DNA from: Candidatus Kerfeldbacteria bacterium | GTDB taxonomy: Bacteria > Patescibacteriota > Patescibacteriia > UBA10025 > JAHIVO01 | Length of the DNA stretch: 64,000 bases | Assembly: GCA_016214565.1 (NCBI GenBank) | Contig: JACROE010000002.1 | Span: forward strand, 408,007 to 472,006 | Direction of reading: 5' to 3' | In this document: one piece after another, positions 57,501 through 64,000 of the stretch | Numbering within the stretch: the first letter of the stretch is position 1 | How the letters are laid out: the number at the start of each line of letters is the position of its first letter | Notes under the pieces: model-generated | Databases searched by the model: none | What the model saw: the letters and a program-made list of their open reading frames with translations, nothing else | What the model was told of the DNA's origin: nothing | Position numbers and translations under genes: made by a program

Positions 57501-59147
57501 TTGGTACCGTCCCGTGCTAAGCTGCTTATGAGCAGTCTCCGCCTCCATGCTTGGTGGGGACTGCTGCGTCTGAATCTACTTACGATGCTTTTCATTTCCC
57601 AAACTACTCGTCGATTCTTCCCCTGGGCATTGCTTCTAGTCGGCAGTCTGGGGATTTTTATATGGATACAATCAATTGATACATTTCCTGATCCGGATTC
57701 GTTTTATCATATCGAAATGTCCAGGCAAATTGCTGCGCAGGGAGTGATGACCACCTTTCCCTGGCTTCAAGTTTCGACGCTGCGGGATGCCTATATTGAT
57801 CAGCATTTTTTGTATCACGTTTTTTTGATTCCTTTTACGCACTTTTTTGATCCCATTCAAGGAACTAAATTCGCCCACGTGCTGTTGAATACCGGCTTTA
57901 TTATGTTGGCGTATGGATTGCTGCGGCGCGAGCGTGTGCCTGGAGCATTTTGGTTCGCCGTGCTTCTCCTTGCTTCTTCTCCATTTATGTTTCGACTGAA
58001 CCTGGTGAAGGCGCCGGTCGTTTCATTATTATTTTTAGTTGGTGGATTGTATTTATTGTTTCGCTATCGGTATGTGCCGTTATTTTTCTTGGCAGCCGGG
58101 TATGTATGGGCGTACGGCGGGTTTAGCATTTTGATCATGGCAAGCGGGTTTTACGCTTTCGTCAGTTTAGTGCTGGATGCGTTTCGGCTCGGCGGGCGTT
58201 TAGCCTGGCCGAACATTTTGCGGGCAAGCAAAGAGCTGCGGATGCTCGGCGTCGTCTTAGCGGGTACCACCGTAGGAATTTTTATTAACCCTCATTTTCC
58301 CGTTAATCTTCAATTTTATTGGCAGCAATTTGTTCAGATCGGAGTGGTAAACTATCAGAAAGTTATTGCGGTAGGTGGTGAATGGTACCCATACCAATGG
58401 CTTAATTTATTGACCAGCACCGCCTTGATCACCGTTTTAGTATTATCTTCTCTGGTTCTGGGTGCTGCTTTTTGGCGGAGACTGGGGCGCAAACAATTGA
58501 CACTCGCCCTTCTGTTTATTGTATTTTTGGTGTTCACTCTCAAGTCAAAACGTTACGTGGAATATTACGTCCCCGTCGCCGTTATTTTTAGTGCGATGAT
58601 GTTCCGGGCTGTCGCTGGGGATCATTGGAAACAAGAGTGGTTGCCCCTGCTGCGTCGTTGGACCCGACAGTATTTGATCGTGACTATTATTGTAAGCCTT
58701 TATTTAGTCATTGGCAGTGTGGCGATTATGACCAAAGACGTCAAACGACTGCATCAAGATTATCTGAGTGGTATTTCGACTGAACGATTCGCCGGTGTAG
58801 GGGCGTGGATGCGTGATCATATCACCACTGGCGCCATCGTTTTCCATTCAAGCTGGGATGAGTTCCCCATTTTATTTTATCGCAGTCCCCAGGCGTATTA
58901 CATCGCCGGCCTTGATCCGACCTTTTCCTACACGTATAATGTCGATTTGTGGAATAGTATCGTCGATATTACGACGGGAAAGCAAAAGGAGGGCATCTAT
59001 CAGACGATTCGCGATACGTTTCACGCGCAATATGTTTTTGTGGAATCCAATCATGCAGCGTTCAACTCTGCGGTGAAGCGGACGGACGGGTTTCGCCAAG
59101 TGTATCGCGACGGTGAGGCGATTATTTATGAAGTGGTGTCTGAATAA
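57501..59147 (+). CDS. Multi-pass membrane protein, probable GT-C glycosyltransferase
   Basis: DPDSFYH loop after first TM, many TMs, C-terminal soluble domain; start uncertain. Confidence 0.7.
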   Translation: MVPSRAKLLMSSLRLHAWWGLLRLNLLTMLFISQTTRRFFPWALLLVGSLGIFIWIQSIDTFPDPDSFYHIEMSRQIAAQGVMTTFPWLQVSTLRDAYIDQHFLYHVFLIPFTHFFDPIQGTKFAHVLLNTGFIMLAYGLLRRERVPGAFWFAVLLLASSPFMFRLNLVKAPVVSLLFLVGGLYLLFRYRYVPLFFLAAGYVWAYGGFSILIMASGFYAFVSLVLDAFRLGGRLAWPNILRASKELRMLGVVLAGTTVGIFINPHFPVNLQFYWQQFVQIGVVNYQKVIAVGGEWYPYQWLNLLTSTALITVLVLSSLVLGAAFWRRLGRKQLTLALLFIVFLVFTLKSKRYVEYYVPVAVIFSAMMFRAVAGDHWKQEWLPLLRRWTRQYLIVTIIVSLYLVIGSVAIMTKDVKRLHQDYLSGISTERFAGVGAWMRDHITTGAIVFHSSWDEFPILFYRSPQAYYIAGLDPTFSYTYNVDLWNSIVDITTGKQKEGIYQTIRDTFHAQYVFVESNHAAFNSAVKRTDGFRQVYRDGEAIIYEVVSE

Positions 59148-59149
59148 AT

Positions 59150-60346
59150 ATGCGAATACGGCTTATTACCTGGGGAGTATTGGTAATCGTTAGTTGCTGC
59201 GCCATGGTAGTACTATGGGCGCCTGATTTCATTCAGGTGCCATTTGGGAGCGAGGGAGCGAAAGCGCGATTGATCCGGGATGATCACGAGCTTGATATTT
59301 TTTATCAGCGGGGTTCATGGGTGACGCGCGGTATAACACCGTATGATGCCAGTATTTTTCAGGAATATCCGCAGGCAGGTTTAGCCTATATTACGCTACC
59401 CTATTTGTTTGGCAACGAGTATGAGACGTATCGTTGGGTATTGGTTGTCATGAATACGGTGACGCTGGTTAGCCTGGTCGTCATCAGCCTGCGCCTCTTA
59501 AAAAAACTTAATCGTTCCCCTTGGTATATTTTTTTACTACTCCTGCCCTCGATGCTGTATTTTGGGTTGAGTCGGTTTGATGTGCTGGTCGCATTAGCAG
59601 TTCAGATTGGATTATTATTGATATTGAGTCATCGATGGCGTTGGGCCGCGATTTTGTTTGCCGTCGCTTTTTTAATTAAATGGTATCCCATTATTTTTCT
59701 CCCGTTGTTGTATGCATATATCAAGCAGACCGAGGGAGAGCGAGCCAGCCGAGTGATACGAGAATTTTATTTGATTGGGGTGAGTATCGTGGCGAGCGTG
59801 TTGGTCGCCAGCTTTGTTGTTGATGGATTCGTTTCATTGCGTCCGTATTTGTTTCATGGAGCTCGAGCTGGCGGTGTTGGCAGTTTATATTTTATGCTGT
59901 TGCAAGGCCCCCTGCTGTCTACTGGCATCCCACCATTGAATTATTTAGGGCTCACTGTTTTTCTGCTGCTGCAGGTCAGTCTTCCGTTGTATGCACTCGT
60001 ACAATGGCGGGTGGTTGCTCAGTGGCTCATAACACCACGTCAGCTGATTCTCTGGATGAGTTTGGCGACGGTTTTGTTTACTTTATTTTCTCGATTTTAT
60101 TCACCACAGTGGATCGTCTGGTTTGTGCCACTCTTGTTGCTGGTGGCCGACAAACGGCTTGCCGGGTTGATCATCGGGTACGATATTTTAAATTATGTAA
60201 GTTTTCCTTTGATTTGGCAGGTGTGGGGCCCATTTTCAACTGGATATTTATGTATATCCCTCGTGATCATAGTTTGTTTAGTGCTGATTGTGAGACGAGT
60301 TTTTTTGCTAATATTAGATAAAAAAGAACTTGCTCCATCTGAATGA
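59150..60346 (+). CDS. GT87-like GT-C glycosyltransferase
   Basis: EYP, RFD, KWYP, YSPQWIVW motifs. Confidence 0.75.
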   Translation: MRIRLITWGVLVIVSCCAMVVLWAPDFIQVPFGSEGAKARLIRDDHELDIFYQRGSWVTRGITPYDASIFQEYPQAGLAYITLPYLFGNEYETYRWVLVVMNTVTLVSLVVISLRLLKKLNRSPWYIFLLLLPSMLYFGLSRFDVLVALAVQIGLLLILSHRWRWAAILFAVAFLIKWYPIIFLPLLYAYIKQTEGERASRVIREFYLIGVSIVASVLVASFVVDGFVSLRPYLFHGARAGGVGSLYFMLLQGPLLSTGIPPLNYLGLTVFLLLQVSLPLYALVQWRVVAQWLITPRQLILWMSLATVLFTLFSRFYSPQWIVWFVPLLLLVADKRLAGLIIGYDILNYVSFPLIWQVWGPFSTGYLCISLVIIVCLVLIVRRVFLLILDKKELAPSE

Positions 60347-60428
60347 ATGGCGTATACTTTTGGCAGATTGTGAGTTCTGTGTGATTTGGCCAGCTACCCG
60401 ATAAGATAGAAGAAAGTGACCGCACCCT

Positions 60429-61892
60429 ATGCTCAATCGCGCTTTCGCCGCAGACATTCAAAAAAAACCGGCTCGTCAAAATGTCGTGATGAGGTTTGCC
60501 ATTACCTTGTCCATTATTTTTTTTCTATTCACGTTATTGGCGCTCTTTACTGCCCAGCGTCATGTGAGTGAACTCACGGTGACGACTGGCTTCATGGTAG
60601 TCAACACCCGGGCCGTCAGTTTGTTGTTGGCCGCTATTTTTTTGGTGTACGCATTATTTTTTTGGAAATGCAGGCGCTCTGTTCAGGAAAAAAATGGATG
60701 GCGCTGGATATGTATTGGTGCCGTGCTATTTATTGCCATTCTCTTGGTAAGCCCGCCATTTCTCTCCGCTGATGTATACGGATATGTCGTGCGTAGTATT
60801 ATAACCACCAACCACGAGATTAATCCCTACCAGATCGCACCTGCTGAATTAGGGTACAGCTCAATCGTCATCTGGCCTGAGCAAGTGATGCGATATGGCC
60901 CCGTGTATGTGCTCTATAGCCTTGGTCTAACTCGAGTAGCAGGCGATTCAATTGCCCTCAATGTAATAATCTATCGTCTAGCAAATATAGGTTGGTTAGT
61001 TCTCTCAAGCTGGTTGATATATAAAATTTTACTGGTTCGTTCTCGTGAGGCCGCTCGAATTGGCACTGCATTTTTTTTATGGAACCCTTTTATATTATTT
61101 GAAGTAGTTCACTCCGCGCATAATGATATTATGCTATTGGTTGCCGTATTGGGCGCACTTTTTTTGATTCAACGCCAACGGTACCTGTATGCAATTTGGG
61201 TATTGTTGGTTGGTGCTTTAATCAAATATAGCTTAATCGTTTTGATTCCCTTCGTTGTTGTCTTGATTTTTCGGCAGACGGCGATATGGTGGAAAAAGAT
61301 TGTGACTATCATTGGCGCAATTTTGGGCGCCACTATTTTTACCGCTGTTGCGTATTGGCCGTTTGGCGGCTGGTCGTCAAATGTAGAAAATTTGCGAGGG
61401 GCATTTTATAGCCTTGAATTTATCACGCTGCCAAAAGCAGTGGTGTTAAGCTTGGTGCACCTGTTGGGCGATTGGTTTTCGCTTGATCCCGCGCAGCTTG
61501 GTTGGATGACGCGGAATGCCTATGTTGGCGTTTTTGTTCTCATTTTGCTGGCTGCCCTGTGTCTGCCTGGCCGTTCCTGGCGATTTGAAAGTTTAGTTAA
61601 GCGTTTTTTTTGGGTACTGCTGATGCTTGTGATGCTTCTCAGTATCAAGCTTAATATTTGGTATCTCGTTTGGATACTGCCATTAGCCCTACTGGTTGAT
61701 AGCACAATCTATATTTGGAATTTTGTGCTCCTAACCGCTTTTGGGCTATTATTTTATAATGAAATGGGCGTGTTCGTTGTAACAGTTCTGCTCTGGATTT
61801 CGATGGTATTGGTTAAGCTATTTGATTTTTCTCAATTTCGCTTAGGTCTAATGCCGAAAAAATTGTCAGAAATTAAACATGATATCAAATAA
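60429..61892 (+). CDS. Polyprenol-P-mannose-dependent mannosyltransferase-like (MptA/B-type GT-C)
   Basis: S.DVYGY, NPY..AP, YGP, WNP, AHND, PWY-like WYL.W. Confidence 0.75.
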   Translation: MLNRAFAADIQKKPARQNVVMRFAITLSIIFFLFTLLALFTAQRHVSELTVTTGFMVVNTRAVSLLLAAIFLVYALFFWKCRRSVQEKNGWRWICIGAVLFIAILLVSPPFLSADVYGYVVRSIITTNHEINPYQIAPAELGYSSIVIWPEQVMRYGPVYVLYSLGLTRVAGDSIALNVIIYRLANIGWLVLSSWLIYKILLVRSREAARIGTAFFLWNPFILFEVVHSAHNDIMLLVAVLGALFLIQRQRYLYAIWVLLVGALIKYSLIVLIPFVVVLIFRQTAIWWKKIVTIIGAILGATIFTAVAYWPFGGWSSNVENLRGAFYSLEFITLPKAVVLSLVHLLGDWFSLDPAQLGWMTRNAYVGVFVLILLAALCLPGRSWRFESLVKRFFWVLLMLVMLLSIKLNIWYLVWILPLALLVDSTIYIWNFVLLTAFGLLFYNEMGVFVVTVLLWISMVLVKLFDFSQFRLGLMPKKLSEIKHDIK

Positions 61893-62850
61893 AAAAATTG
61901 CAGTTGTTGTTCCGGCCCATAATGAGGCAGATCATATCGCCGAGGTAATACGATCAATGCCGTCATTTGTGGATCATATTGTTATTGTGGATGATTACAG
62001 CAGTGATCAGACAGTGAATATCGTTACATCCATGCAAGCAAGCGATGCGGGAGATCGCTGTATTATCTTACGGCATACGTATAATCAAGGAGTTGGCGCG
62101 GCGATCGCGACCGGCTATCGGTGGGCGAACGAACATCAGGTGCCGGTGACGACAGTGATGGCGGGTGATGGGCAAATGGATCCGGCTGAATTAGCACATA
62201 TTATTGCCCCGGTGGTGGATGGTCAAGCGGAATATGTGAAAGGCAACCGGTTGATTTACGCTGATGTGTGGAATGTGATGCCGAAATATCGTTTTTTGGG
62301 GAATTCTTTTTTATCATTATTGACTAAAATTGCTTCCGGATATTGGAAAATGGTCGATTCACAAACCGGCTATACTGCGATTAGTCTTCAGACGTTGCAG
62401 CGGATTGACCTGAAGGCGCTGTATCCATCCTATGGGTTTCCTAATGATCTACTCGTTAAATTGAATGTCATTAATGCCCGCGTGGTTGAGATACCAATTC
62501 GACCTATTTATGCCGGACAAAAATCGGGCATACGCTTGAGCAGTGTCATCCCGAGAATATCGTGGTTGCTATTACGGGGTTTTGTGTGGCGGTTATGGGT
62601 GAAATATGTCGTGCGTGATTTCCACCCGCTTGTCTTTTTTTACAGCTTTGGCATTTTGTTTTTCAGCATTGGATCACTTTTCGGCTTATATCTGGTTGTG
62701 TATCGTTTAGCCGCCGGGCCCGTCTCCACCACCAGCGCATTATTTGCTTCATTATTTTTTATTTCGGGACTTCAGTCATTATTCTTTGCCATGTGGTTTG
62801 ACATGGAGGATAATAAGGAATTATTTATCAAGCGAGACGATCGGCGATGA
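61879..62850 (+). CDS. GT2 glycosyltransferase (polyprenol-phosphate glycosyltransferase-like) with C-terminal TMs
   Basis: VVPAHNE, VDD.S.D, N.GVG.A, GDGQMDP, KGNR, DSQTGY. Confidence 0.9.
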   Translation: MISNKKIAVVVPAHNEADHIAEVIRSMPSFVDHIVIVDDYSSDQTVNIVTSMQASDAGDRCIILRHTYNQGVGAAIATGYRWANEHQVPVTTVMAGDGQMDPAELAHIIAPVVDGQAEYVKGNRLIYADVWNVMPKYRFLGNSFLSLLTKIASGYWKMVDSQTGYTAISLQTLQRIDLKALYPSYGFPNDLLVKLNVINARVVEIPIRPIYAGQKSGIRLSSVIPRISWLLLRGFVWRLWVKYVVRDFHPLVFFYSFGILFFSIGSLFGLYLVVYRLAAGPVSTTSALFASLFFISGLQSLFFAMWFDMEDNKELFIKRDDRR

Positions 62851-62897
62851 TGAAGCGTGGACACATGATATTTGAGTACATAACGATTTAATCCAAT

Positions 62898-63821
62898 ATG
62901 CCGGTAACTCATTTAGTGAAGCGCGCGCTGCGGATTCTGATGGGAGTTATTGTGGCCGCTTCAATATGTGTACCACTATTTTCATATTGGACGGACGTAC
63001 GTGCGGCATTTGTTCATTTGAAATTTGGCCATTTGTCCGTCGCGTTCATCAGTATGGTTGCTAGTTTTTTGTGGTTGGCGTGGTGCTGGCACCGTTTGGC
63101 CAAGCCGGGTGGATTTCAACCGGGTATGCGTCAGGCGCTGTTTTTATATTCTCAAACCGCGCTGATACGGTATATCCCGGGCAATATTTTTGGGCTGGCA
63201 GCAAAAGCTCTGATGATGCGTCGTTGGGGGGTTCGTCCGCAACAAGCCATGTATTTGATGGTGTATGAATCGGGGGTGCTCTTGTGGTCGGGTATGATTA
63301 CTTTTTTTCTCGTATCATTTCTGATTCCAGAAACAGCATTATTGCGTTGGCTCATTGGCATTTTGTGTTTCGTGGCCGCTTTATTTCTTTTTTACCCGAT
63401 GCGCTTTGTTCAATTATTATACTGGATTAAACCATCACTCTCAGTGCAAATCGTTCCCGATCAATCTCGAGTAACAACGGTACTCACCTATCTGGGGTAC
63501 TGGGCATTAACGGGCCTGAGCTTTGCGTATGGTATTACCGCCGCAGGGGAAAGCATTCCTCATCACCTTCTGCAATCCATTGGCATTTTTGCCGTGAGCT
63601 GGGTAATTGGTTTTTTAGTGCTCATTACCCCTTCGGGCGTTGGCATTCGAGAATGGTGTATGGTACTGTTACTTCAGCAGTCAATTCCGATCGCCATCGC
63701 GATTACTATTGCGTTTGTAGCCCGCATTATTTTCATTTTCAGCGAACTGGTGGCATATGGACTGACTTATTTAATTGTATTTATTTCATCTTCTGATGTC
63801 AGAGCGCATGACAACATATGA
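62898..63821 (+). CDS. Lysylphosphatidylglycerol-synthase-TM / flippase-like membrane protein
   Basis: RYIPG, TPSGVGIRE, AR motifs; many TMs. Confidence 0.8.
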   Translation: MPVTHLVKRALRILMGVIVAASICVPLFSYWTDVRAAFVHLKFGHLSVAFISMVASFLWLAWCWHRLAKPGGFQPGMRQALFLYSQTALIRYIPGNIFGLAAKALMMRRWGVRPQQAMYLMVYESGVLLWSGMITFFLVSFLIPETALLRWLIGILCFVAALFLFYPMRFVQLLYWIKPSLSVQIVPDQSRVTTVLTYLGYWALTGLSFAYGITAAGESIPHHLLQSIGIFAVSWVIGFLVLITPSGVGIREWCMVLLLQQSIPIAIAITIAFVARIIFIFSELVAYGLTYLIVFISSSDVRAHDNI

Positions 63822-64000
63822 ACGCTATACCGTGTGGGCCGTTTCAATCGTGCTCGTGGTCGTAACCGCACTCCCATTTATTTTTGGCTATCTTCAGCGC
63901 CCGGTGGGCATGGTTTTTACCGGCCTGCATCATCTCGCGCCGGGGGATACCAATGTATTTCTTTCCATGATTGAACAAGTGCGACAGGGGGAAGGCGTTT
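63808..64000 (+). CDS. Partial membrane protein (N-terminus), probable GT-C
   Basis: Manual translation MTTYERYTVWAVSIVLVVVTALPFIFGY...GDTNVFLSMIEQVRQG; open to window end. Confidence 0.65.
   Translation, partial: MTTYERYTVWAVSIVLVVVTALPFIFGYLQRPVGMVFTGLHHLAPGDTNVFLSMIEQVRQGEGV

Noticed and set aside
1-64000. CRISPR array, rRNA, integrase, transposase or reverse transcriptase
   Set aside because: No regularly spaced repeats, rRNA-like stretches or such protein motifs were seen by eye.

Overview
64 kb of a small-genome bacterium spanning the replication origin (yidC-yidD-rnpA-rpmH / dnaA-oriC-dnaN). Gene content and style (VanW-like, SpoIID-Ig, sortase, many GT-C enzymes, several type IV pilus ATPases, few Shine-Dalgarno sites) suggest Patescibacteria/CPR; this assignment is inference. 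The window holds a type IV pilus locus with a two-component pair, four tRNAs, two surface-glycosylation clusters, housekeeping genes (queA, ruvB, ruvC, valS, tyrS, tsaD, tsaE, yebC, PBP1A) and an alpha-glucan cluster (2x glgA, 2x GH57, GalT-like). Most notable: (1) a 337-bp GIY-YIG nuclease cassette in tRNA-Arg(UCG), with a duplicated tRNA 5' end and a double hairpin at the D-loop position, plus a similar but empty 46-bp scar at tRNA-Glu; (2) a sortase with catalytic Cys replaced by Ser; (3) two kinase-fold proteins with non-canonical catalytic loops and a GH57-UVR fusion at the glycogen cluster; (4) a duplicated queA 3' end beside two Myb/SANT-like double-repeat genes; (5) candidate structured RNAs at about 25.4, 15.7 and 8.4 kb; (6) a protein made of five 44-aa repeats. 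All calls come from motif recognition by eye; no searches were run.
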